Shown in pieces: positions 11,128 through 23,665 of a DNA stretch of 64,000 nucleotides (within the stretch, counting starts at the first letter, position 1; each line of letters opens with the position of its first letter). Both the position numbers and the translations under genes were made by a program. A model generated the notes under the pieces. That model saw nothing but the letters and a program-made list of their open reading frames with translations, was not told where the DNA came from and did not search any database. Source of the DNA: Octopus vulgaris (Eukaryota); the NCBI GenBank assembly GCA_951406725.2, contig OX597820.1, forward strand, positions 35,030,001-35,094,000, given 5' to 3'.

Positions 11128-11955
11128 ATTTCTTTATTGCCCACAGGGGGCTAAACATAGAGGGGACAAACAAGGACAGAAAAAGGGATTAAGTCGATTA
11201 CATCGACCCCAGTCCATAATTGGTACTTATTTAATCGATCCCGAAAGGATGAAAGGCAAAGTCGACCTAGGTGGAATTTGAATTCAGAATGTTGCGGCAG
11301 ACGAAATACTTATTTCTTTACTGCCCACAAGGAGCTATACACAGAGGGGCAAACAAGGACAGACAAAGGGATTAAGTCGATTACATCGACCCCAGTACGT
11401 AACTGGTACTTAATTTATCGAGCCCGAAAGGATGAAAGGCAAAGTCGACCTCGGCGGAATTTGAACTCAGAACGTAAGGACGGATGAAATGCCGCTAAGC
11501 ATTTCGCCCGTCGTGCTAACGATTCTGCCAGCTCACCGCCTTATGTAATACAGTTCAATGAAATATTTTCTTAAATACATTTTAATATATTCTTGTATGC
11601 TGGCAGAATCGTTAGCACACCGGTCAAAATACTTCGCGGCATTTTGTTAGTCTTTACGATCTGAGTTCGAAGTCGACTTTACCTTTCATCTTTACGGTAT
11701 GTATAAAATAAGTACCAATTAAATACTAGAGTTGATGTAATCGACTTGCCCCCTCCTCCAAAATTGCTAACATTGTGCCAAAATTTGAAATCAATATATT
11801 TTTGTATGTTAAGGCGGTGAGCTGCCTGAATCATTAGCATGCCGAGCAAAATGCTTAGCGGCGTTTCGTCCGTCATTACGTTCCGTATTCAAATTCCCAT
11901 TCCTCAAAATTGGTGGCCTTGTACCAAAAATTCGAAACTAATACATTCTCGTATG
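11128..11955. mobile_element. Cluster of Meta-type SINEs (dimer on -, two copies on +)
   Basis: Repeated head/core/tail blocks separated by copies of a target sequence. Confidence 0.8.
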
Positions 11956-12330
11956 TTGCTGTTTTTGCTGTTTAGCTCCAGGTGGAACATATTCAACTAG
12001 AGTTATACCCAAATCCGCTTCTACGAACAGCTTTGTTACCATCCAATCATATTAGACTCATATTATGACTGGATGGTTATATTAGACTCAGCGCGATTAG
12101 GACTTAACTATCTAATGTAGTTGTTTATTTTAAGATGCTAAGATATAAAGAGAGGAAGATTTAACATCTACAAGTTGTGTAACATAATACCAACTTCCTT
12201 TATCATTCCAGTAGAAGTCTTGAATTATTTATCAGTATGAAAACAAGAATTTATTTTCCAACAATCAATAAATTTTGGCGGGTGGGGGTGGAATCTTTCT
12301 TATGAAATGTTAAGAGAAAAAGAAAATCGC

Positions 12331-12360
12331 TAACAGTAGTTTTGATCTACGTTCCACTGG
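12331..12360 (-). pseudogene. tRNA-iMet 3' remnant
   Basis: TAACAGTAGTTTTGATCTACG; flank 12211-12331 is a duplicate of 15035-15160 next to the 15163 pseudogene. Confidence 0.5.
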
Positions 12361-12479
12361 TTTAATTTAATGTTAAGAATTCTTTATGGAAATATGTTTT
12401 TTATATTAGTAGCGTATATAAATGTATTTGGAGAAAGACTCGTGTACAAAATTAAATCCATCCATCCATCTAATACCAT

Positions 12480-12860
12480 TCTTCATCTCTGACCATTATA
12501 CCTGGAAGTTCGTGAGAATAGAATCCTCAGGCATCTCTTCACTTGAGTCCTATCAGAAGCAACATTTATTACATTTTCCTGCTGGTTTCCCAAGCGTGAC
12601 CGACCTGACACTATGGATATTATCCAGCCATCTTGTTCTTGGTCTACCCCGAAGTCTCCTGCTGGGTGGCTCGGCATGAAGAATCGGTCTTGAAATTCTT
12701 TTCTGCGAAAGGCGCAAGTGTGGCTGTATGGCTTGCTTCCCAACCACCTGATTCTGGGTTCAGTCCCACTGCGTGGCACCTTGGGCAAGTGTCTTCTACT
12801 ATAGCCTCGGGCTGACCAAAGCCCAAGTGGATTTGGTAGACGGAAACTGAAAGAAGCCTG

Positions 12861-12929
<69 letters not shown>

Positions 12930-13430
12930 ATTATGTGTGCGTGTCTTTGTATTTGATCCCTCACCATTGCTTGACAACCGATGCTGGTGTGTTTACGTCC
13001 CCGTAACTTAGCGGTTTGGCAAAAGACAACGACAGAATAAGTATTTGGTTTACAAACAATAAGTTCTGGGGTCGATCGATTTTTTCGACTAAAACCTTTC
13101 AAAGCGGTGCTCCAGATGGGCCGCAATCAAATGACTGAAACAGGTAAAAAAAATAGGATATGTCTGTAGTACTGGAGCTGCGATCTTTCAATGCAGAGAA
13201 GTAGCAGCTTGACATGGAGAGACACCCTGATCTCACTGTTACCCATCCTGTCGAGTAACATTATACTAGAGATTCTAAGGAGTAACCTCATTTCGGCCTT
13301 CTGTTTTCGCGATCGTACTCTCGGTCATTATCCAACATTCATGACCATCGTTGAGGACATGCACAAAAGCCGAAACGAGATAGCAAGTTTGGCCTTTTTT
13401 TTTTATTTACCAATATCACCACGTTGCTAC
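12480..13430 (-). mobile_element. RTE-like LINE 3' remnant interrupted by a SINE
   Basis: RRLRGRPRTRWLDNI C-terminal motif; degraded coding-like sequence continues past the SINE at 12711-13155. Confidence 0.55.
12711..13155 (+). mobile_element. CORE-type SINE, full length
   Basis: Same family; internal (TA)n expanded. Confidence 0.88.
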
Positions 13431-13469
13431 ATGATTTATAAACTTTTAACGTCATGTAAATTAAACAAT

Positions 13470-13975
13470 TCTTTCTACCATAGGGACAAGGCCTGGAATT
13501 TTTTGTTGGTTGGGGGCTTGTTTATTACATCGATTCCTGTGCTCGACTAGTACTGAAAGATAAAGCCCGTCTCGGCGGAATTTGAACACAGATCGTAATA
13601 AGTCGGAAGAAATGCCGCTAATCATTTTGCCTGACGTGGTAACTATTTTAATAGCTTGCCGCCTCATGTAATCTAAATAATCCTTTTTAATATAGGTTCA
13701 AGGTCTGAAATTTTGAGAAAGGGGTATAAGTCGATTACATCGACTCCAATGCGTAATTGGTACTAATTTTATCGACACCGATAGGATGAAAGGCAAATTC
13801 TACCTCGGCGGAATTTGAACGCAGAACGTAAGGACGGATGAAATGCTGCTAAACATTTAGCCCGCCGTGCTAACGATTCTGCCAGCTCACCGCCTTGATG
13901 GCGCGAAATTTAGATCGACTCCAGTACGCAACTGGTAGTTAATTTATCGACTCCGAAAGGATGAAAGGCAAAGTA
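13470..13975 (-). mobile_element. Cluster of three Meta-type SINE copies
   Basis: Repeated core; target copies at 13452, 13664 and 13973. Confidence 0.78.
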
Positions 13976-14119
13976 ATCTAAATAATGACTGAAATATTCA
14001 CTGACGAACATATCTTGCAAGTATCGTGTATGGCAGTGTTGCGGAGTATATTAAACCTTAGGATAATTTTGATACCAGATTTAGAGACAAATTTTGTCAG
14101 AGCAGTTGTACAGTTATAT

Positions 14120-14525
14120 AGGCGCAGGGGTGGCTGTGTGATAAGTAGCTTGCTTACGAACCACATGGTCCCGGGTTCAATTCCACTGCGTGGTACCTTG
14201 GGCAAGTGTCTTCTACTATAGCCTCGGGCCGACCAAAAGCCTTGTGAGTGGATTTGGTAGACGGAAACTGGAAGAAGCCCGTCGTATATGTATATATATA
14301 TGTATATGTATGTGTGTGCATATGTGTGTCTGTGTTTGTCCTCTCAACATCGCTTGACAACCGATGCTGGTGTGTTTACGTCCTGGTAACTTAGCGGTTC
14401 GGCAAAAGAGATCGATAGAATAGGTACTAGGCTTACAAATAATAAACTCTGGGGGTGATTTGCTCGACAAAAAGCGGTGCTTCAGAATGGCCGCAGTTAA
14501 ATGGCTGAAACAAGTAAAAGAGTAA
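14120..14525 (+). mobile_element. CORE-type SINE, full length
   Basis: Same family. Confidence 0.9.
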
Positions 14526-14882
14526 ACTTAGGTGGACATACTTCATTATATTAATGGTATTGGTAAATGGTGATAAATGGAAACTAAGCTACTTTACTGA
14601 GAGATTACCATCAGAATATAGCGAGAAAGAGACACCCGATACTAATAGTTTAACAATGTCCATGGCACAGATAAATATGTTTGAGCGCGCGCACGCGTGT
14701 AGGAATATATGTGTAGTTGAATGGCTCAGGCAATGTGCCAAATATCCATTTTATTTGATGTCACTGTTTGTTTAGGGTTCTGTAAAAAATGTTTAGTCTT
14801 GACCTTTCTGGTAAGGGTTTGCATTATTTCAGAGATAAAAGAAAAGTTATGGACGGCTGTGAATGAATGAGAAATTATTGTT

Positions 14883-14949
14883 CAGTAGAGCGTAGTTTCG
14901 ATCTACAGAGCTCTAGATTATGAAACCATAACCATTGAACATCTCTATT
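14883..14949 (-). pseudogene. tRNA-iMet pseudogene
   Basis: AGTAGAGCGTAGTTTCGATCTACAGAGCTCTAGATTATG matches the T-arm and anticodon region; derived 5' end shared with the 18860 and 26051 remnants. Confidence 0.75.
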
Positions 14950-15162
14950 GAATGACATGTATAATAAACAGCTATTAAATATTATTGCCCCATGTCATCG
15001 ATTATTATGTGAAATTTCTTCTTGATTCATTCATGTAGAAGTCTTGAATTATTTATCAGTTTGAAAACAAGCATTTATTTTCCAGCAATAAAATCAATAC
15101 ATATTTTGGGGGAAAAATCTTTATGAAATGTTGATTAAGAGGAGAGAAAAAAAATCGCTAAT

Positions 15163-15234
15163 AAGCAGAGCATAATTTCAATCAACGGTCCACTGGCTAA
15201 TGCGTCCCGCACAACCCGACCGCTTCACTTCGTT
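15163..15234 (-). pseudogene. tRNA-iMet pseudogene, heavily decayed
   Basis: AAGCAGAGCATAATTTCAATCAACGGTCCACTGG aligns to the 3' half; the AGGTTCCATG upstream block is retained. Confidence 0.7.
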
Positions 15235-15570
15235 AGACGGAGCCAGCTTTCTATTTAACGTATAAATGACATTTGTCAGGTTCCATGTACTATTTAATAT
15301 GTATAACAAACATCCAGCAATAAATAAATATTACTATTCGATTTCATAAATTATTCTGTGAAATTTCTACTATGAGATTCAATATTTATGTTTATAAATA
15401 CAGCCCGCAATTTCTTCCCACTGATCACTGTCAGCAATAAAAACAACTTTTATTATTATTTGGGAAAAAAGTTAAGATTTCTTCCCCATCAAATACTGAA
15501 CTTTCAACTACTTAGATATCATCACTGTATTTGATGATTTGATATTAAAAAGAAAAAAAAGGAACATTAA

Positions 15571-15622
15571 CTGGGAGTAGCTTCGATCTGCAGAGCTCCT
15601 GGTCAAGCGCGTTTCCACTGCA
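15571..15622 (-). pseudogene. tRNA-iMet remnant with internal deletion
   Basis: GTAGCTTCGATCTGCAGAGCTC...GCGCGTTTCCACTGC aligns to the T-arm and D-arm. Confidence 0.55.
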
Positions 15623-15910
15623 GATTAAAAAATATAATAAATAGTGATTTTCTTTTTACACTAACCAATATGTATTTAAGTTTCAGTAGAATCGGCAGAC
15701 TGCATAGTATGACATATATGTGTTTGAAAAGTGAACTGGTAGTGTGTGTGTGTGTGTGTGTGTGAGAGAGGTGTGTACTTTTGGTCACATGCGAATGAAA
15801 ACTATACAAAATCGAGATAACTGTAACAGTAATATGTCTTACAATAGAAAATGGCATAAATCAAGATTATGTGAAGTCTCACTTTCTATAATACCCGTAT
15901 GGAAATTTGC

Positions 15911-15936
15911 CAACAATCAATAACATGTTATATATA
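15911..15936 (+). promoter_or_regulatory. Conserved tRNA upstream element CAATCAATAA-N4-5-TTATATA (representative copy)
   Basis: Recognisable upstream of the 1273, 2720, 15954, 16375, 19489, 27393 and 27674 copies with the TATA-like part starting near -26/-27; split by a mariner at the 25745 copy. Confidence 0.55.
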
Positions 15937-15953
15937 GGCATTCATGTCTGTGA

Positions 15954-16025
15954 AGCAGAGTGGCGCAGGGGAAGCGTGCTGGGCCCATAACCCAGAGGTC
16001 CGTAGATCGAAACTACGCTCTGCTA
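15954..16025 (+). tRNA. tRNA-iMet-CAT: tRNA-iMet (CAU), D-loop T16G variant
   Basis: 72-mer with CAGGGGAAG instead of CAGTGGAAG; TTTT immediately downstream. Confidence 0.9.
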
Positions 16026-16374
16026 GCTTTTCGAAAATTTTCTTTCATATTATTTTTTTTCATCAAATACTCAAATATCTATGTAGTTCAATATTCAATA
16101 TCTCATAGGAAAATCATTATTTCGTCGGAAATATCAAAATACTGGTCGTATTGCTGAGAGCTAGCTACAGGAATAAATTAAGGACAATAAATATAAAGAT
16201 AAGCATCGAGTCAGTAGAAATTTCACAGAATCATTGGGGAAATCGTACAATAATTTTATTTTTATTAAAGAACGTAATACGTAAAAAAAAAAGAAAAAAG
16301 AAATAACATTAAACGATGCATGGAACCTTATAAAAACCAATAATGCGTTATATATACAGCTAATGCCATTCGGA

Positions 16375-16446
16375 AGCAGAGTGGCGCAGTGGAAGCGTGC
16401 TGGGCCCATAACCCAGAGGTCCGTAGATCGAAACTACGCTCTGCTA
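16375..16446 (+). tRNA. tRNA-iMet-CAT: tRNA-iMet (CAU), canonical copy
   Basis: Identical 72-mer followed by a T-rich Pol III terminator. Confidence 0.97.
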
Positions 16447-17448
16447 ATTACCGCTTTTTCTTTTTTTTTTTCTCTTTCTCTTATCAAATAATATTGATAT
16501 AATGCTGCTCAGTATTTTACATAAAGAAGGCGGTGAGCTGGCAGAATCATTAGCAGGCCGGGCAACATGATTAGCATAATTTCATCCGTCTTCGCGTTCA
16601 CAGTTCAAATTCCGCCTAAGTTGACTTTCATCCTCTCGAGGTCAATAAAATAAAAGTACCGATGGACAATGGTAAAAAAAACAAAACAAAGCAAACAAAC
16701 GAAAGATGAAAGGTACCCTCACGTATCCATAAAAATAGCACCAAAGACGAACAAAAAACCCGCGACCACAACATACCCACACAAACCACAAACCGACTCA
16801 GTTACCTCAAATAAAGAACGCATTAAAAACAAGGACAACCAAAAACCCGCATTCACACCGCGCACACACAAAACACGAACATCCTACTTATTTGCCCCAA
16901 ACAAATCCACAATTAATCCGTTCACGCCAGTAACACCCGGGAAAAAACCCACCACCCTTGCTAAACATACACACAGAAATTCACGTATCACCCTATATTT
17001 AGCACGGCCAGTGAAATGAATTTACAAATGCTGAATGGTGTCAGTGATTTGGCTGAAATTCCGACGCTATATGACAGGAATGCAGGGCAAGGGGTTATGT
17101 GGTTGCCTTTTTGTTTATATGTCGATGATTTGCATTTAGCTGTGAACTTGTGTATGTGCGCATGGCTTCACTGTCAGATCGCCTCTGCTTATGTGAAAGA
17201 AATTTGTATATTTATATATTTGTGCTCATGCTAGATTCTACAATCCAGAAGGCACCTGAACTTGTTAAAGTCTACTTGTACCATGTACAAGTTAATTTTT
17301 TTCCTCAATGAAATGTTAAGTATTAAATTTTACAAAAAACTTTCTGCTTTTAACGCTTTACCAAAATTATTCCCTGAAATGTAATGTTTGCTCATCCACA
17401 TTGTTTCAAATTAATCAGACACCAGCGAACTCAAAAGACAATGAAATG

Positions 17449-17737
17449 TTCTTTTTCATCAATTGTTGCACGTTGATTCAACTCATTTTGTCTGTCCTGT
17501 AGTGTGAATGAAAGTGTAAGTCTTGCCAGATGTGTGAGATGATTGAATGTGAGTTCCAGTGATCTTAAAAGAAGATCAAAAGATTATGTGACATATCTTT
17601 TTCATCTGTTGTTACACGCTATCCAAGCATAGTTGCACCAACGCACTTCGTCCTCATTTGTGAATAAAGAGTGTATGCCTTGTTACATGTGTAAGTGAGA
17701 CTTGAACGTAAGTACCAGTGATTTTAAAAGAAGATCA
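17449..17737 (+). repeat. Diverged tandem duplication, ~145-160 bp period
   Basis: TCTTTTTCATC...CCAGTGAT(C/T)TTAAAAGAAGATCA occurs twice. Confidence 0.7.
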
Positions 17738-18139
17738 GTTATGATGCGTGGTTTGTGGGGTCCCCGCGTCAATCACTCCATTTTTATCATTTTCGCTCTT
17801 TCATTACCCGTACGCTAATTTGACCCCCATGTTTTTCTATCCTACATTGTCCCTTCTGTGTATTAGCCTTTTATGGGGAATAAAGAATAAGTGCCTTTTA
17901 CTGAAGATAAATAAATAAATAAAAGTACCAGTTGAGCACTGGAGCCAATGTAATCGACTTTTCCTGTGCCAAAATTTGAAACCAGCATTTTACTCGAAAG
18001 AGTTCTTCCACATTAATAGTAAAAAAAAATATTGTTGGAAAATAATAATTGTTTTAATATTCATAAATAGTTATGTTTTTTTTTATAATAGTTATCTGCA
18101 GGAACGAAATAAATAAATAAATAAATAAATAAATAAATA

Positions 18140-18439
18140 TTCTTTTATTCTTTTACTCTTTTATTTGTTTCAGTCATTTGACTGCGGCCAGGCTGGAGAA
18201 CCGCCTTTAGTCGAACAAATCGACCCTAGGACTTATTCTTTGTAAGCCTAGTACTTATTCTACCGGTCTCTTTTGCCGAAACGCTGAGTTACGGGGACGT
18301 AAACACGCTAACATCGGTTGTCAAGCGATGGTGGGGGAACAAATACAAACACAAACATATGTATATATATATACGACAGGCTTCTTTCAGTTTCCGTCCG
18401 CTAAATCCACTCGCAAGGCTTTGGTCGGCCACTCCTGCG

Positions 18440-18441
<2 letters not shown>
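18140..18441 (-). mobile_element. CORE-type SINE with internal deletion
   Basis: Same family; head joined directly to GCCGACCAAAGCC. Confidence 0.8.
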
Positions 18442-18489
<48 letters not shown>

Positions 18490-18859
18490 GTATGTATGTA
18501 TGTATATATATAAAGGTACTCCATATATATAAAGGTAACCGCCAAACCATGTGCCTTCCAAAATAAACCAATAAATATATCTAAACGCAAATACACATAC
18601 ACACGCACGCACGCACGTACATACACACACACATACATTGGATCCATACGTAAGCATTTCACCCCGTAGTTGATGAAATCAAGCAATAATATTTCTTAAT
18701 AGATAATTGTTAGCTACAGAATCAATATTAGTATCAAAAGGCAATCTTTATATCCAACTTAACGTGCAATATTCGCCTTGGGAGATCTTCTCATACAGAT
18801 ACATGGTGCATAAAAGCACACACATATATATCGTTAGATGTCTACCACACATGTCATTT

Positions 18860-19011
18860 AGCAGAGATGTTCAGTGGTTGTGCGGTGTAAATTGTTGGAG
18901 GTTTATGACATACTGATTTTTGTGGTGCATAGACACAAGAAATTTCCAGTTTTTAGGAGTAAATATCTAAAAAATGATATAGAGTCCCGCAGATAGACTC
19001 GACGCTCTGCT
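18860..19011 (+). pseudogene. Interrupted tRNA-iMet pseudogene
   Basis: 5' part AGCAGAGATGTTCAGTGG and 3' part CCGCAGATAGACTCGACGCTCTGCTG separated by extra sequence. Confidence 0.55.
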
Positions 19012-19488
19012 GAATAATTTCAAGTTCATCCAAAGTCATTCTAGAGTAGTTATTAATTATTTCGGAACTATAAACCTCTACTAGAAAGGTCAGGACTAAA
19101 AGTTTCTCACGAAATCCCAAACAAACAGCAAAAACGAGGTGGCCCCATAACAGCAAATAGAGTAGATATTTGGCACATCGCCTTATCCATCGATCCATCC
19201 ATACATATATACATTTACATGTGTTGTGTGTTGTGCGTATGTGTGTGTATGTGTGTGTATGTGTGTATGTGTATGTGTTGCGTGTATGTGTGTGTGTGCG
19301 GGTATGTGTGTGTGTTGTACTTAGGTCAAGTGTGAATGAAAACTACACAGAATCGACATAATTGTAGCACCAATACGAGTAGAAAATCGCACAAATTATG
19401 ATTACATAAATTCTCGCTTTCAGCAATTCTTGTATGGAAATTTGCCAACAATCAATAATGTTTAATATATACTCATTCAGTTCTGTGA

Positions 19489-19560
19489 AGCAGAGTGGCG
19501 CAGTGGAAGCGTGCTGGGCCCATAACCCAGAGGTCCGTAGATCGAAACTACGCTCTGCTA
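19489..19560 (+). tRNA. tRNA-iMet-CAT: tRNA-iMet (CAU), canonical copy
   Basis: Identical 72-mer followed by a long T-run. Confidence 0.97.
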
Positions 19561-19977
19561 AATCTTAGAAGTTACTTTTTTTTTTTTCATCAAATACTGA
19601 GATATTTTATATAGTTCAATATTCAATACCTAAAAGATGTGTAAGTCTATTTGTGTGTGTGTGTGTGTGTGGTACTGAGTGAAACCATCAGTGATGGATG
19701 TCACTGACGCCATATTCTGATTGTAATCTCTCAGTAATATATATTAGTTTCCATTCATCAACCTTTACCAATTCCATTAATATAATGAAGTATATTCAAC
19801 TAACTGTACAACTGCCCCGACCAAACTTGTCTTGGGATATGGAATCAGAATTATTCTAAATATTCAACTACGTTACCGCACTTATTCATTTGGCTTACGT
19901 GTTATTAAAAGCTTATGAATTTTATAGTAATGCAGATTAAGTACTGTAAGACGGATCTTTGTACATATGTATATGTA

Positions 19978-21070
19978 TAAACTTAGATAAACTTAGATAT
20001 GTTTCGACCAAAGATTGGTCCAGGCCATGTCTAACTTAATAGCACCACCTGATAGGATTATTCGAATCCTGTTTAAGTCAAGTTTTGTTCAAGTAGTGAG
20101 TTTTTGTTGGGTGAGTTGTATCCAGTTTTGTTCAAGTAGTGAGTTCTTGTTGGGTGAGTTGTATCCAATTATGGGTGGCTTATCTGGTATTCTTTGAAGG
20201 AATCTATCCAGACTCTGTTTAAAGTTGATGGGATCCTTTTCCTCTTTGATCTCCCTCGGGACAATGTTAAATAGGGCACGGCCAGTTGAGGAAAAGAAAT
20301 TATGTTGCAGTGTACATGTATGTTGTGATCTTGAATTGGGCAGGGGACGTATGGCCCGTGGTCCCAGTCTTGGATGAACCTTGAAGCCAATGTTTAGGTC
20401 GTTTGGGCAAAGTTGGCGGTATATTCTCCACATCGTACAAATGATGTACCGCTCTCGGCGACGCTGGAGGGAGTAAAGTTTCAAGGCTTTAAGGCGATCC
20501 CAATAATCGAGAGCAGCCATGCCTTCAATTCGTTTAGTGAGTGCCCTCTGGGGTGACTCAATTCTGGAGATGTTTTGTCTTGTATGGGGAGACCACAGTG
20601 GGCAGCAGTATTCAAGGTGTGGCCGTACAAAGGAGGAAAAAAGTGGTATGATGACACCTTGTTCTCTGGACCGGAAAGTTCTTAAGATCCAGGAACTCAT
20701 CCTACGAGCTATATCGACCTTCTTGTTATGTGTGCACTCCAACTGAGATCGTCATCAACAATTACACCCAGGTCTCTGATATTGTTAGAGGCTGTGAGCG
20801 GCTCCCCTGAAGGAAGAGAGTATGGTTGTTTTAGTGAGGAATTTCTTCCAAAATGCATCAGCTCAAATTTTCCCTCATTCAGTTGCATTTTGTTTCTGTC
20901 TGCCCATTGACTCACAGCATATAGATCAGACTGGAGTTGAGTTCGGTCTGCTTCTTCATTGACGATTTGCTGGAGCTTGGTGTCATCAGCAAATATTTTC
21001 ACTTTGCAGTAATGTACGACACTGGAAAGGTCGTTTATGTAAATTATGAAGAGTAGCGGACCCAAAACAG
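19978..21070 (-). mobile_element. CR1-clade LINE, 5'-truncated, one frameshift
   Basis: GPLLFIIYINDL...IFADDTKL (RT) and FVRPHLEYCCPLWSP...LYSLQRRRER C-terminus; 3' hairpin and short tandem tail. Confidence 0.92.
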
Positions 21071-21377
21071 TGTGTGGGAAATGCGAACGTCACTCTTAGA
21101 AATGAATATGTGACTTAAATACTGGAACCTTAGATTGTGTGATGATTCCATTTTGAATCATGTCTATCTCTCTAGACGTGGAATATTAAGAGACATATTC
21201 AGGCTTAACACGTTTCTTGGAAAATGTCACTAACTAAACGGAATGTGAGAATCCTAAAAATAAGTGCTATGATTTGTTTTATGACAAAATTACAACAATA
21301 TAGTACCTAGTTCTATATTTAAGAGATGAGGAATTATTTACATTATTTACATTTGACGGATATATATATATATATGT

Positions 21378-21430
<53 letters not shown>

Positions 21431-21914
21431 GAAAAGTATTGTGTACAGATTTATTAACATTAAAGAAACGTTACTACGATCCGATGTGAGAGTTTATACT
21501 TGGTCAAAATACTAGAAAATAGCAACCGAATCTCGCTGTCATTTAAAGCCTTGTCAGCTAAACATTACACACGCATGCGCACTCAAAAAACTCTAAGTAC
21601 GCCATGTTTAGAATGACTGGATATCACATTAGGAACAGCTTTGATAATTACACTACTTGAACTCAGTTTTACTCAGTGTTAAGCCCCGCCCCCACCAAAA
21701 AAAAAAAACTTAATTCAAGTGTATATCGGAAAATGTTTATATTAAGAAAACGTTTACATGAAGCAAATTGTAAATATTTCTCTTTCACTAGTTTCGATGC
21801 ACGAAACACCTGGTTTGCGCTGCCATCACAAGACGGCTGGGCTGAACTTACGCAATAGAAAACTACTGCAGATATATCATGTATCAAGGATTTATGAATT
21901 AATCCAGCTAATAC

Positions 21915-22068
21915 AGGTGCGGGCGTAGCTTTTCCAACCACATGGTTCCGGGTTCAGTCCCACTGCGTTCCACCTTGGACAAGCGTCTTCTACTATAGCT
22001 TCAGACTGACTCAAGCCTTGTGAGTGGATTCGGTAGACGGAAAATGAAAGAAGCCCCTCGTATATATA

Positions 22069-22123
<55 letters not shown>

Positions 22124-22325
22124 TTCTATCTTTGTTTGTCTCTACCACCTCTTGAGGACTGATATTTGTTTACGTCCCCGTAACTTAGCGTTTTGGCAAA
22201 ACAGACCGACAGAATAAGTACCAGGCTTTAAAAAAATAAGTATTGAGGTCGATACATACAACTAAAAAATTCTTCAAGGCGGTGCCCCAGCATGGCCGCG
22301 GTTTAATGAATAAAACTCTTAAAAG
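21915..22325 (+). mobile_element. CORE-type SINE
   Basis: Same family, diverged. Confidence 0.8.
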
Positions 22326-22608
22326 AATATGAAATCATGCGATAAATATATATATTTTATGCCTGAATATGTCTCTTAATATTCCGCGTCTAGAGAGATA
22401 GACATGATTCAAAATGGAATCATCACACAATGTAAGGTTCCAGTATTTAAGTCACATATTCATTTCTAAGAGTGACGTTCGCATTTCCCATTAACTGAGG
22501 AACTTACACGTTTCTTGGAAAATGTCACTAACTAAACGGAAGGTGAGAATCCTAAAAATAAGTGCTATGATTTGTTTTATGACAAAATTACAACAATATA
22601 GTACCTAG

Positions 22609-22814
22609 TTCTATATTTAAGAGATGAGGAATTATTTACATTATTTACATTTGACGGATATTTGTCCTCGTCTTGTTTGTTTCGGTTGATATACCCTCTG
22701 GCCTTCATCAGGTGCCTTGGGCAAATTTCGAACCTGGGTAGAGGTTAAGAGCGCAGGCTACTAACCCCAAGATTCCAAGTTCGATTACAAGCAGCGACAT
22801 GAACAACAATGATT

Positions 22815-22870
<56 letters not shown>

Positions 22871-23030
22871 AAACAACAACAACAACAATAATAATAATGA
22901 TAATAATAATAACATTGAAAAATACCTTAGGAACGAGAACCCAGGTTCGAAATTTCTCCAAGACACCTGATGAACAACAAACAAGATGAGGACAAATATC
23001 CGTCAAATGTAAATAATGTAAATAATGAAT
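22609..23030. mobile_element. Hammerhead-containing SINE: inverted body + tRNA-like head + (AAC)n + body
   Basis: Body on - at 22609-22738, head GGTTAAGAGCGCAGGCTACTAACCCCAAGATTCCAAGTTCGATT at 22741-22800, body on + at 22912-23030; both hammerheads carry deletions. Confidence 0.75.
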
Positions 23031-23284
23031 ATACCTAGGTTGAAGCAGCGAGCTGGCAGAATCGTTAGCACGCCGGGAAAAATGCTTAGCGGTATTTCGT
23101 TCGTCTTTAAGTTCTGAGTTCAAATTCCGCCGAGGTAAACTTTGCTTTTATCCTTTCGGGGTCGATAAAATAAGTACCAATTGAAAACTGGGACCGATTT
23201 AATTGACTCACCTCCTTCCCCGAAATTATTGTTCTTGTACCAAAATTTGAAACCAGTATAGTACCTAAGTGTATTAGGGAATAG

Positions 23285-23608
23285 TTCGATCCGTTGACCG
23301 GCACTCTGTCGGTTACGACGACGATGGGTCGAGATGATCCGATCAACGAAACAGCTTGCTCTTGAAATTAACCTGCATGTGGCTGAGCACTCCACAGACA
23401 CATGTACACTTAACGTAGTTCTCAGGGAGATGCAGTGTGACAAGGCTGGCCCTTTGAAATACAGGTACTACTCATTTTTGCCAGCTGAGTGGACTGGAAC
23501 AACGTAAAATAGTGTCTTGCTCAAGGACATAACGCGTCGCCGGGAATTGAACTTACAGACTTGCAATCGTGAGCCGAATACTCTAACCAGTAAGCCACGC
23601 GCCTTCAC
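23285..23608 (-). mobile_element. Third tRNA-derived SINE family (CORE-like)
   Basis: GAAGGCGCGTGGCTTA head and TCCTTGAGCAAGACAC core; related copies at 26291-26495 and 37558-37800 on +. Confidence 0.7.
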
Positions 23609-23609
23609 T

Positions 23610-23665
23610 GTTTCGATCTACGGTCTTATGAATTCATAACATGATTATTACTGCGCCACTCCTGC
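23610..23665 (-). pseudogene. tRNA-iMet remnant truncated by a SINE
   Basis: GTTTCGATCTACGG and ACTGCGCCACTC blocks at roughly tRNA spacing. Confidence 0.6.

Noticed and set aside
15960-16157. Recurrent peptide RAGPITQRSVDRNYALL in several ORFs
   Set aside because: It is the tRNA-iMet gene translated, not a protein family.
16669-17019. 116-aa K/T/P-rich ORF
   Set aside because: Explained by A/C strand bias of a probable repeat fragment; no domain.
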